From: Torpedo marmorata
Taxonomy: Eukaryota
Direction of reading: 5' to 3'
Length of the DNA: 64,000 bases
NCBI GenBank assembly: GCA_977017645.1
Contig: OZ360246.1
Location: forward strand, 27,590,001-27,654,000
Below the pieces are notes generated by a model. That model made no database searches and was not told the DNA's origin. It saw only the letters and a list, made by a program, of their open reading frames with translations. Positions 1 through 11,447 of this stretch are shown in pieces. Made by a program: the position numbers and the translations under genes. Every line of letters starts with the position of its first letter. Position 1 is the first letter of the stretch.

Positions 1-255
1 CTCCTCCCCCAGTTGATATTTAAACGAGGTGTTTAATTGCTCTATTTATTTGTTGGAAAATTAGAGTCTCAGTTTTTAATGTATTTTTTTGGGGGGGACT
101 GATTATGAAATGCATTTTAGTTGAAATATAATTGATTTTCTAAAAAGATTCAAGAGAACATTCTAATTCTAAGTGGATAGCTGATTCATGTCATGTAAGA
201 GATTCAGTATCCTGTCTGAAGTTGCAGCTCTTAGAGTAATCGAGCCATTAATTTT

Positions 256-655
256 ACATCACAAAACAGGCCATTCAGCCCAAGTGTCCCTGCTGACTAA
301 GTTGTCCACCCAAGCTCGTCCCATTTGCCTGTGATAGGCCCATATCCCTTTCAAACTTTCCTATCCATTTACCTGTCTAAATGTCTTTTAAATGTTGAAA
401 TTGTACCTGCTTCTACAAACTGCCTCTCGAAGCTTATGTTGTCTATCCACTGTCCTCACTTTAAATCTTTTCCCTCTCATCTTAAATCTATGCCATCTAG
501 ACTTAGACTTCCCTATCCTGGGGAAAAAGACTTATCTAGGCCTCTCAGGATTTTATAAATCTCTATTAGGTCCCCCTTTAGCCTCCTACGCTCCAGGGAG
601 AAAAGCCAATGCATTCATCCTTTCATTATAATTCAAGCCTGCCAATCCTCATAAC
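256..655 (-). mobile_element. Degenerate CR1-type LINE 3' fragment
   Basis: Reverse strand resembles the CR1 RT C-terminus/3' tail seen more intact at 29752 and 53335; boundaries approximate. Confidence 0.55.
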
Positions 656-1292
656 ATAATATGCCAGGAATATTCCGGCTTGCATCAGGAATATGTACTT
701 TAAATAAACAAAAGTTCTATATTTTTGATGAGCTTGAGTTTATCTGAATTCAATGTGATTCATGTTGTTCCATGTAGTGCTGATTCAGGAACCAGATCAA
801 TTCCCTAATTCAGCTGTTGTGATACTTTAAGCTGAGGTTTTCAAAAGGGTGACCTGATCCCAGACTGCAAATATGAAATGCGAGAAACCTGAATCAGCAC
901 AATTGAACATGCAGCCATCCCTCACAATGGCAATTTGCTTTTAACATTATTTTAGGACTTGCAGAAAACATTTTGCATTTCTGTGTATTAGCTGTTTTGC
1001 CTTGCAGGACCATGTTAGGGAACCATTCTAGATGTGTTTTGAAATGCCTTGTTACTTTTTGCTTCTTCATATAAACAGATTTACAGTTTTATCTAAATGA
1101 AAATGAAAAAAATTTACTGTTCCCTGTCTGTGATATTAATGAAACCAATCTGGTTTTGAAACAAATATATAAACAGAAAAAAATACCAATTTGAAAGCCT
1201 ATGGAGTGCAGAATTTCAGATGGCTGCCAATCAAGTGGGCTTCAAGCTTCTTGAGAATTGTTGTTGCTGTACTCATCCAGAAATTTTTATTT

Positions 1293-1527
1293 TTTAGACA
1301 TACAGCACAGTAACAGGCCGTTCCAGCCCATGAGCCCGTGCCGTACAATTTCACTCAATTAATCTACAATCCCCTTGCAGTTTTGAAGGGTGGGAGGAAA
1401 CCAGAGCACCCGGAAGAAACCCACGCAGACATGGGGAGAACGTACAAATTCCTTACACAGTGCCCGATTCGAACTCAGGTTGCTGGCTCGGTAACAGCAT
1501 TGCACTAACCGCTACACTAACCGTGCC
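1293..1527 (-). mobile_element. tRNA-derived V-SINE (HE1-like)
   Basis: Minus strand reads GGCACGGTTAGTGTAGCGGTTAG (A box), GAGTTCGAATC (B box), V-domain GTTCTCCCCATGTCTGCGTGGGTTT and a CR1-like tail; several copies in the window. Confidence 0.85.
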
Positions 1528-1906
1528 ATGTAGAACGTATTCATGAGGCTCCTGATGTGCCTTGTAACTGGTGGAAAGGCCTTGGGTGTCAGGAGGTCTC
1601 AACACAACCTTGGCTAGAGCACAGCTATATCTGGAGTGCAGGTCTTCTGTGCCACAAGGAACTGAATTCCAGACTTGCTCTGACTTGTTCTTGTAGCCAT
1701 AATACTTTTGTGGCTGGTCAAACTGAGTTGGTCAGTAGTACACTCTGGGATATTTTAGGTGGGGGACCTGGCAGTGGTAATGCCATTGAAAGTTGAGGAT
1801 AAAGAGATATATTGTTTTGTTCAGGATGGCTATTCCTGGCACTTTTGAAACACAAATTTTATTTGCTGCTATGGGCTCAGGCCTAAATACGATTTAGCTG
1901 CCAATA

Positions 1907-1979
1907 GGCTCCATAGCTCAGTGGTTAGAGCACTGGTCTTGTAAACCAGGGGTTGCGAGTTCGTTCCTCGCTGGGGCCT
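1907..1979 (+). tRNA. tRNA-Thr(TGT)-like sequence; probably a SINE head or pseudogene
   Basis: Full cloverleaf: acceptor GGCTCCA/TGGGGCC, anticodon arm CTGGT-CT TGT AA-ACCAG (anticodon 1940-1942), T arm GCGAG-TTCGTTC-CTCGC. Position 58 is T rather than A, position 48 is T rather than C, and no T4 terminator follows. Confidence 0.7.
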
Positions 1980-2108
1980 CATTTCTGTGAGGGGCGCTGG
2001 ACAAAGTAGCGACTCTCTGTCTTCCTTACGGTAGACAAAGTTAAAGAATTTCATGTATGTTACATTCTAAATGTAGTATTACGTGACAATAATGGAACCT
2101 TTACCTTT
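1907..2108 (+). mobile_element. tRNA-Thr-headed SINE-like retroposon with (ACCTTT)n tail
   Basis: tRNA head fused to a ~126-nt body nearly identical to 51023-51149 (reverse strand), ending TGACAATAATGGAACCTTTACCTTT. Confidence 0.85.
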
Positions 2109-3670
2109 ATAGGGCCAGGGCTGCTAATGGAATTAAGTAATGTGCAAACACCACCAGTTCTGACCTTATGATGGAAGGAATGTCATGGATGAAGCAGCTG
2201 AAGTTGTTTGGGTCTAGGACACTGCCTTAAGGAACTCCTGCAGTGACTCCTGGAGCTGTGATGATTGACCTCTGACAACCAGAACCATGGAAGTAACTCC
2301 AACCATTAATGCCTATTGATTTTAGCATTAATACTGAAATATTAACACACTGAATATTAATATATTCAGTATTAATATTCCAGTATTAATATAGCATATA
2401 TAGTAATAGTATATTAAAACTGAGGACATTGATGACATAGTCTTGTCAAGTGCTGCCTTGATGAAAAGAGCTGTACAGTACTCTGGTTCACTTTTGGTAT
2501 TCAGCTTTTTGGTCCATGTTTAAACCAAGACTGTTATGAAATCTGGAACCAGGTGCCTCTGGTGAAATCCATACTGTGCACTGGTGACCAAATGTCACTT
2601 GATAGTACTATTGGCGATGGCTTCCATTACCTTGCTTATTTAGTTATATGGTCAATTAGTTCTGTGTATTGCATGGCATTTTAGTTGGTGAGCACACAAG
2701 TATTATTTTAATCATACTGCTGTCATCTCCTCTCGTATTGCTAACCAATTCTCCTTTTTGAAGTAACAGATTGACACATCACAATTTTTAGGATTATTTT
2801 GTTCATACAGCACTGATGTTTTCTCTGGCCTGCCAGTATTATTTGAAACATAAGTTGTTTTTACCCTGTGTCCTCATCAAGCTTGTACATGAAGTCTTAT
2901 CAGTTTATATCTATTGATTATGTTTTTCAACTTTTTCAAGATTTTTATATCACTACAAATGTGCTATAGATTTTTTTTTTACTAAATGGGATAGCACTTT
3001 ATAATCCACGCAAAGTATAAATAAAGTTGGAAGGTGGTCACTGAAATGGAATAAGCAATTAATTTGAATGCTTATAAAATGCTGCTGCTGGAGACTACAC
3101 ATTCACAGCAAAATATGAGTTTCTGCACACATAGTTAGCATTATGGGAATTCATAAATTGTGCAGCAGTATATTGTGTCGCTTAAATACATTTTGGTATT
3201 TGTAAAGAAATGTGATAATGCACTGCAGAGTACTACATGTAGAAAGGCATTCTACTGATTGAATAACATTGATGTGAAACGCAGCAAAGGAATGGCTTAT
3301 TGATTTATCATAGAACAGTATTTTTTTTTAAAAATTGCTACACTTTTTAGAAAAATATTTTAAGACATTAATATGAATTTATACTAACCAGAACAAAACA
3401 ACATTTGTATCTGAGTGAGTGCATAACCTACTTTAAGATTGTTTTTGCTGCCACTCTAAACTTGACTGTAAAGCGCCTGAGTTGATTTTTATTTACAGCA
3501 TTGTCTCTTTGGGCAAGTATAAATGCTCTCCATAGCAACAAGATTGAGATTGTAAGATAGATATAAATAGTTATATACTGTTTAGTCTGTAACTATAATG
3601 GAAATATACTAATTTTTTTCTAATGTGGGCACAGTCAGTTAATTCTAACTGGTAGCTTTCTTTTTCGCAG

Positions 3671-3831
3671 TAGCGATTCAAGTAGCAGCTCCAGTGACGA
3701 GTCTCCAGCAAGATCCGTTCAGTCTGCTGCAGTTCCTGCACCACCAGTTCAACTCCCAACACCTGTGGAAAAGGATGAACCACGTAAGAGCTATGGAATC
3801 AAGGTCCAAAATTTGCCAGTCCGTTCTACTG
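3671..3831 (+). CDS. SPEN: SPEN (Msx2-interacting protein/SHARP) coding exon, Ser-rich linker and start of RRM2
   Basis: cgcag|T...ACTG|gtgagt; translates SDSSSSSSDESPARSVQSAAVPAPPVQLPTPVEKDEPRKSYGIKVQNLPVRST. Upstream exons lie outside the window. Confidence 0.93.
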
Positions 3832-4294
3832 GTGAGTAAACACAGCATTTGAAACGTTTCTTCCAGTTGGGAGACATAGTCTAGAGAACATTAGATAGTT
3901 GGAAGAAATTGCCCAGCACCAAACAAACAAGTACTCTTTTTAAATTAAAAAAAAAAAACAGATTTTTTTAGAAAATACCAGGAAAGCTATATTTGGACAT
4001 AATTTTGATCCAGTTTTATGAAATACCTTGTATATATCATAAAATACCAATGATGTAACTGCAGAAAAAAAATTGGTTTTAAATCACTGGCATTTCAATT
4101 TGATTTAAATTAGCAGATAGCAATTTCTGTATATATTCACTGATTTCATTTCTTGGTGTGATTATTGTTGGTAAGTTAACTGGTCTCATTACATTGCCCC
4201 TGGTGTGCAGGTGAGTGGTTGAATCTTGGGAGTTTATGAGATTGTGGGAGAATAAAATAGGAAGTTTAAAAATGTTCATCAATGTTTTGCACCA

Positions 4295-4860
4295 AACTTT
4301 GCAGGTCACACAGCATCCATAGAAGCAAAAGGCAGTCGACGTTTCAGGCCTGAGTCCTTCTTCAGTAGTGCCGAAAATCAGGCAACCGCTTGAATAAAAA
4401 GGTGGGGAAGGGGGAGGTACAAAGCTAACGGGTAAGAGGTAATCGGTAAATGCAGGTGGGAGGGTAGAAAAAAAAGCTGAGAAGTGATAGGGGGAGAGGG
4501 CAAAGGGCTAAAAAAGATAGGAAAGAAAGGGGGTGGCTGGAGGAAGGGAGACAGGGATGGGGAAAAGAGCGAGAATGTAAATGGGAGAAGTCGATAGTGA
4601 TGCCATCTGGTTGGAGACTGCCGAGACTGTATACAAAGTGTTGTCCTCCAATTTGTGGGCGGTGCAATACGTGAGGCTACGGACAGACAAGTCAGTGTGG
4701 AATTGAAGTGGTTGGCCACTGGTAGGTCCTTGCTACTGCATCGAACAGAACAAAGGTACTCAATGAGGTGATATCTCAGTATGCGTCCAGCCTCCCCGAT
4801 GTAGGCATTGGGAGCACCAGATGCAGATTTATTTGGCAAAGTAAAAATTAAAGTGACAAA
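4295..4860 (-). mobile_element. Penelope-like element 3' fragment (GIY-YIG remnant plus pLTR)
   Basis: ORFs 4378..4872 and 4425..4667 contain YIGEAGR...LPVANHFNS and LGSLQPDGITIDFS; pLTR carries CTGAAGA...GAAACGTC. Confidence 0.8.
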
Positions 4861-4924
4861 GCATTGGAACATACTTCAGGCAAAAGAACATTGAGAGCAG
4901 TTAAAGCACTAAATAAATGATAGA

Positions 4925-5330
4925 TTACAACAACAATTTTTATTCATGTTATGCTTCTAATGCTGTAAAATTTCCCAGAGTACTTTACAGGGACATAATC
5001 AAGCATTTGACACTGAGTCACAAGTATAAACCCAAGGTCAAGGGAGAGGCTTTAAGGAATGACTTAACAAAGAAAAGTAATTTAGAGGTTTCGGGAAGCA
5101 ATTCCACCCAAATCTATGACAGTTCTAAACTAGGGCACAATATCAAGGCCAGAATTCGAAGAATACAAAGTTTTCAGTGTTGTAGGCTAGAGGAGAATAC
5201 AAAGCAAAGAGTGATGTGGCTATGGGAGGACTTTAGATATATGGGTGAGTACTTTAAAATTGAGTCACCAAAGGTCTTTGGCTTAATAAGATGATTTCAG
5301 CATGTTGGTAATTGCAAGTCGAATTTGGTC
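4925..5330 (-). mobile_element. Old L2-like LINE 3' end
   Basis: (TTG)n-type tail and similarity to DeuSINE/L2 3' tails on the reverse strand; degenerate. Confidence 0.4.
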
Positions 5331-6115
5331 TGAAAATTAACCAGTTTATGGGTAGAAAAGTGGATTTTATTTCCTGCTCCTGATCTTTGTCCAGTATCTC
5401 TGCAATCTTGCAAACATTAGGTGAGAGTAGGTGATTTGAACAGTCTGCCAGTACTTATTGCAGAAGGTGCACATGAAAAGTGATAATTTCTACATATACT
5501 TGAGCCATCATGCAGTTGTACCCCAGCATGAATGAATCTCTTCAGTCTAGAGGAAAAACAATTAGCAGGAAGTGTGAAGAAAAACACTCAGTTCTTACTT
5601 TAGACTAGCACCCTTTGGGGGAAAAAGAATGCAGTCGCTTATTTTCTTCCTCTAGCCATTAACTTCAGCAAGACTGACAAAGCTTTTTTTCAGAACTGAA
5701 AACAGGTATGGAGGAAGTAATTTTTTACTGAGATTTTGAGATAATATCAAAGAATAGCCTAGAATTTCAAACATCAGATGTTTACTGCGCAGTTGAATAC
5801 TGTGTTTTAATTTCACAACCATAGTTGATTGCTTTCTTAACATTATATTTTAAAGAGAATTTTTAATCATTTGAAATGCTAAAATTCATTATTATTTATT
5901 ATTAGTATTCAAAAACTCATGAATAAACTAAAATTATTAATACTGGTGTCATAGTCAAGTATAGAAGTTAGAATATGAACTCGCAATAAAGCCGATGTTT
6001 GTTTTTATTCAACAAAAGCATTTAATTGAAATTGTCCCACTTTGTTTAATTTTGAGATGACATTTTGTGTCATAATTACTTTTACATAAATTGCAATTGA
6101 AGATTTGGGATTTTA

Positions 6116-6365
6116 ATTTAGACATACAGCACAGTAACAGGCCATTTCGGCCCACGAGTCCGTGCCGCCCAATTTACACCCCATTAATCTACACCCCTGG
6201 TACGTTTTGAACGATGGGAGGAAACTGGAGCCCCCAGAGAAAACCCACGCAGACACGGGGAGAACGTACAAACTCCTTACAGGCAGCGCAGGATTCGAAC
6301 CTCGGTCCGGTCCCGATCGCAGTCGCTGTAAAGTCGTTGCACTAACCGCTACGCCAGCCCTGCCT
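6116..6365 (-). mobile_element. V-SINE (HE1-like), young copy
   Basis: A and B boxes, V-domain and tail; very similar to 48110-48353. Confidence 0.88.
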
Positions 6366-6760
6366 CTTTTTGTGTCCTCATTTCTCCAAATGTTGTTTCC
6401 TATTTAAGTTAGTAATATTAATTGAAAAGAAAAGTAAAGATCTAGCTTAAAATTGAACAAAGCCTTGGAATTATAATTATTGGTCAACTCCTTTTAGTCC
6501 AATTTTCCCATCATTTGATTTTACAAGGGTTATAATGTTTACCACCTGCAGCATGGCCAGTGCTCACCATACTTTCATTTTGTTAGCTCTCATCTGAGAA
6601 TCTCTGAAACCCAGGAGTGTATACCATTATAAATCAGAGCACACTAGATGTCAGCAACTGTAAAATTGGAGATTCCTTTGGTTACTAAATACACTAAAGA
6701 AAATGATACTTTGCATCATGTGAACAATATTGTTCTGAAACTGTTCATTTTTGCATTTAG

Positions 6761-6961
6761 ACACTAGCCTTAAAGATGGTCTATTCCATGAATTTAAGAA
6801 GTATGGGAAGGTAACATCTGTCCAGATCCATGGTGCTTCAGAAGAGCGCTATGGCCTTGTTTTCTTTCGACAACAAGAAGATCAAGAGAAAGCTATGAAT
6901 GCGTCCAAGGGAAAATTATTTTTTGGCATGCAAATTGAAGTTACCGCTTGGACTGGCCCAG
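6761..6961 (+). CDS. SPEN: SPEN exon, RRM2
   Basis: tttag|ACACT...CCAG|gtaggt; DTSLKDGLFHEFKKYGKVTSVQIHG...EVTAWTGP. Confidence 0.97.
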
Positions 6962-7269
6962 GTAGGTGTTTACTGAGCAGCATTGAGTTTTGAGGGAGCA
7001 TGGTTGTGTCAAAGGCTTTATGAAAGCAAGAAACAATTGTGTATTAAATTAGTTAAATTACATAGAAACTGTATTGCATTGCCTGTTAATTTAATTTGCT
7101 GAAGAAATGAGAGGTGCATGAACTTAAATTAGTTTAATCAATTAAATTCATTGACTGTCACAATCCTAGCATGCATCCAACTAAAGGGCCATTCTTGGAC
7201 ATAAAGAAAGAAATGAATGCTCATTCAGCTCTTCATCTCAGTTCTGATATTCAGGAAGATCACGATTGT

Positions 7270-7340
7270 TTGCACTGTGATGCTGCTGCAAAACAACGAA
7301 TTTTGTGACTTGTTCATGACAATAAATTCTGATTCTGATT
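7270..7340 (+). mobile_element. Rex1-like LINE extreme 3' end
   Basis: GAATTTTGTGAC...TGACAATAAA(TTCTGA)n microsatellite-type tail. Confidence 0.5.
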
Positions 7341-7726
7341 GATCTTTTGCCAGAAATCCACTTTCCTGATAATCTCTTATCCTTTGATTCTATTAATTTT
7401 AAAGTATTTAACACTCTGGATGAAGATGTTTCTTATTTCTGTCTGACTCTTTATTTTAAGTTTGAGTCCTGGTTCTAAATACTCTGACCATGGGAACATC
7501 AACTCTACTGTATGTTTTATTGAGAGATGCTGTAATGGAATGCACCACCTGGTGGATCTGTGTGCAGCATTGCCTATTTGGCCTGCAGATCTCAGTCCTA
7601 TCTTTAAATGAAAATTATTGATTGTGTAGTGTGGGTAGAGTGTAAGGGCAATAGTTCACCTCAATTAAGGAATCTTTGGTTCTGAAAGCATTTTGATTTG
7701 ATAATCTTAATGATGCATACATACAC

Positions 7727-7942
7727 TGCGGTAGTATCCTATTCCAGCCATTAAAACTCGTGTTGCCCAATTACACCCAATTAACGTACTGACCCTGTAT
7801 GTTTTGGAGGGTGGAGAAAACTGGAGCACCCGGGGAAAACCCACGCAGGTCATGGGGAGAATGTACAAACTCCTTACAGAAAGTGCCGGATTCAAACCGG
7901 AGTCACTGGCGCTGTAATAGCATTGCATTAACCGTGCCGCCC
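7727..7942 (-). mobile_element. V-SINE (HE1-like)
   Basis: V-domain GGAGCACCCGGGGAAAACCCACGCAG on the + strand; head GGGCGGCACGG on the - strand. Confidence 0.8.
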
Positions 7943-8304
7943 TATGGATTCTGTAATAACCATGCTTTTGATAGGGTTTCTTGCTCACTTGAATTGGAAA
8001 TAAATACAGGGAATATCGCTGAGTCTTGGCAGCAGCATCATTTAGTGACAGACTGTTAACATCTCCAGATGTATCTACAGCAGCAAATTGTCTGTCATGG
8101 ATCTATTTGATAAACAGATGGCGCAGTTGAGTTATTTCATCAGTTATAGCTTAGTTAAAGCATTTGAAGATTGAAGAATATGAAATAACTGCGTGATTAC
8201 ACAACATTGTCACTCTGAAAGTGTAAAGAGTTAGCATAAATAATGTTCTGGTGCTGGTGACGTAATATATTTTCGAGGTTTTTTTTGTTTGGGTCCCCTT
8301 GTAG

Positions 8305-8456
8305 AAACGGAAAGTGAGAATGAATTTCGACCACTAGATGACCGAATAGATGAGTTTCATCCCAAGGCCACAAGAACATTATTTATTGGAAACCTGGAAA
8401 AAACCACAACCTACGGTGATCTTCGAAACATCTTTGAACGCTTTGGGGAGATCGTG
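8305..8456 (+). CDS. SPEN: SPEN exon, RRM3 N-terminal part
   Basis: gtag|AAACG...ATCGTG|gtatgt; ETESENEFRPLDDRIDEFHPKATRTLFIGNLEKTT...GEIV. Confidence 0.97.
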
Positions 8457-9564
8457 GTATGTACCCTGTTGGGTTGGTCAATATCAAATTGACAGGATTT
8501 TCTGTAAACTTCTGACTTGGAAGTGACTTGTGTTTTTTTTTTGGAGAATAAACATCAATATTTGTTGTTTGTTTTGTATTTAATTTTAATAATCTAATTG
8601 CCACGTACTAGGAGTTGAGCAAAAATGGTAAGCAGGGTCAAATCGATTCCAAGTCCATGTATGTGATACTCAAAGGTTGAAACTGATTCAGCTCTCTGCA
8701 GACTCCAAATACCTGATTTGGGAAGACCTACAGTATTTCGAGGCAGTATTAAGCACTGCTTGGTTTATCATTCGAAACTAGAAAAATTAACTGAAATCAT
8801 GAATAGATTTAAACATGATTAAGAATTTTATATTGGAAGCATTTGGACTTCCAGTACCAATGAAGGTGAGCAGGTGAATGAGATTTTTGGTTAATACGAC
8901 CTGGTGGGGTGTAGGACATAGACATTATTTTTTTAAAGAGCCTGGGATGATTCTCATTTCATCCTTTTTTTTCGCACACATTGGAATCTAAACAAAACTT
9001 GGTAAGTATATATTATTGAAACTTGGGACCATATTTGCAAGGAATTAAACAATTAATGTGATGTAATCTGGTTTCCACATAAATCTATAAATGACTCCTA
9101 GTTTAAAGAGGTTGAATTTGAATTCTTGCTGGTATCAACTCTGAGTTCAAGCATTACCATCCACGAAGAAGAAGATATTGTTGAAATAAACAGTAGCCTA
9201 CAGGGAAAGAATGAACGTTATCCAAGTAGGCATCTTAATAATTTTGGATGTACTTTCCCTCTTATAATTCAAGTATACATGCTAACGCATTTCCTCAAGG
9301 AATGTTCTAATTGCCCACTTCTTTCCTCAAGATACTAGTAGACATGATAGTGGGTTGATAATGTGTACTACTGTTCCACACAAATCAAAAATGAAATGTT
9401 TAACAAAATGATTTTTTTGCAGCAAAATGTATATTTAATAAGCCGTACAAAAGGAAAATAATCAATGTCTAAATCATTAAAATTGCCAAGATTAGGTTTT
9501 GAAATGAGGCAAAGCCCCAGAATTCAAAGTCCATGCTATTGTCTTTTTTTATTTAAAATGACAG

Positions 9565-9690
9565 GATATTGACATCAAGAAGGTAAATGGGGTTCCTCAA
9601 TACGCCTTCCTACAATACTGTGACATTGCAAGTGTCTGCAAAGCCATCAAGAAAATGGACGGAGAGTACTTAGGAAATAATCGGCTCAAG
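9565..9690 (+). CDS. SPEN: SPEN exon, RRM3 C-terminal part
   Basis: acag|GATATT...CTCAAG|gtcagg; DIDIKKVNGVPQYAFLQYCDIASVCKAIKKMDGEYLGNNRLK. Not in the ORF track. Confidence 0.97.
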
Positions 9691-11333
9691 GTCAGGAAGG
9701 AGAAATACAGTCATTTGCTTATCAGGAATATTCACTTATCAGGAATTCACAGTGAAATATTAGTAAGAATTTTCTGTTGAACAATTTCTTGTATATTGTT
9801 TTTTGTTGTAACTTTACTTTTGTAATATTCCCCACTGTTTTCTTGAGTTACTTTTCTCTTTCCTCCCTCCAAGTTTTGCATTGTTCTCCATGGCACATTA
9901 GCTAGATCGTCCAACCTGCAGTCTGTGGATGTAATTGTTATTACCTTTAGTCAACCTGTCTGAGCTGTGATTGAACAGTATGTGACAGCAAACATTACTG
10001 TTGCTCTCAGATAGAGTTGAGACAAGCAAAATTAAACTGAGCTATGGGGAAGATCAGGTGCATTTGTTACCTGAGCCTGACACTTAAAAACCCATTGGGC
10101 TAGGATGGAAGATTGATCTGCTCTACTTTCCCCTTCTTTACACCCTATTCCTCTCCCATACATCACACAGTAACTAACACACGTGTCACCCTTAATGAAG
10201 GAAATTTGCAGATGAACTTCAGACCTCTATGGTTGAAGCATCTAATTGAAAACGTATCCCCATTCTATTTATTGTTCAATTTCTCTATTTCCATTTTGAA
10301 AATTGCTTTTTTCCCCCATGACTTGGTTCAGTTAAGATCAGGAACTCATCATGTGGGAATCAAGAACAAAGTAATTATGTCTCACAATACGGCATTCGTG
10401 CTTTTTGTAATTCAAATTGAAAGCAAGACTTATCAATTTGAAATTTGCAAGACTTTAACCGGGCGAGTTATAAGAATGTATGCAAAAATATTTTTTAAGA
10501 ATATCTAATCATCACATTTTATCAATGTGACTTTGTTGAACTCCAATGTGAAAACAAAATGAAGCATTTACTTAAGAATGTTCAACCGAAATTCCTTTTT
10601 TCCAAATGAATAGAGCAGACACAGATCAAAACATGTATTGATTTTACATTTATTACTTGCTTAACAGAACCAAAATTATTTCCTGAAGCAGAATTGACTA
10701 TGTACGACAATTTGAGTGATCACCACCGTTAAATATTGTACTTTATTAAATATTGCTATTTATCCTATTAAAATGCAAAAATTAGACTTTTATATGCTCT
10801 TCAGAACATTTTAAGCAGTGAGTAAATACTTCAATATATTATGTCCTGGTGTTACAGAACATAGTGCCAGTACTCTGAGCAATTACCTTGGCAGTAATAG
10901 AAAAGAATAGCAGATTTCCAAGTGGAGTGAGGGAAATTTAAAATGTCGCCTTAATGTGCTTGAGTATTTCCCAAAAGGCCATTTCTTAAGGAAAATGAAA
11001 AACTGAGCCTCTGTTTCAGCTGCTAAGTAATGAATGATTCAGTGATATGTGAAAGAAAGTGAGATGAATAAGATGTTCACAGAACAATATAAATCACATA
11101 TAGATTTTCAATATGCTTCTATACTAATTATCTCCAGTGAAGATTTTCACATAGTGTTCTCTATGTAACTGATAAATAGTAGTTGTGAATTTTGGAAATG
11201 AGCTAATTCAGTAGATTGTCAGCTACATGAAATCTACAATATAGCTTAGTTTTATTGAATTCAAGTCATTGAGTTTTGTGACAATTAAAATACACCTTTT
11301 TTTCTTTTTCTCTCTATTTGTCATTCTCCTCAG

Positions 11334-11447
11334 CTGGGATTTGGAAAGAGTATGCCAACTAATTGTGTATGGCTGGATGGTCTGTCTTCAAATATTACTG
11401 AACAATACTTGTCCAGACATTTCTGTCGTTATGGGCCTGTGCTCAAA
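11334..11447 (+). CDS. SPEN: SPEN exon, RRM4 N-terminal part
   Basis: ctcag|CTGGGA...CTCAAA|gtaagt; LGFGKSMPTNCVWLDGLSSNITEQYLSRHFCRYGPVLK. Confidence 0.97.

Larger units (their letters stand above)
1545..2635 (-). mobile_element. Old CR1/L2-clade LINE fragment, interrupted by the tRNA-Thr-headed element
   Basis: Degenerate RT-like segments (e.g. 2170-2290) resembling chondrichthyan CR1/L2 elements; related segments at 37770-38380; boundaries approximate. Confidence 0.45.

Noticed and set aside
1907-1979. Functional stand-alone tRNA-Thr gene
   Set aside because: A58 and C48 are substituted, there is no oligo-T terminator, and it is fused to a retroposon body; function is doubtful though not excluded.
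2320-2420. AT-rich quasi-palindrome (TATTAATA repeats)
   Set aside because: It looks like slippage-derived low complexity inside an old LINE, with no TIR/TSD structure.
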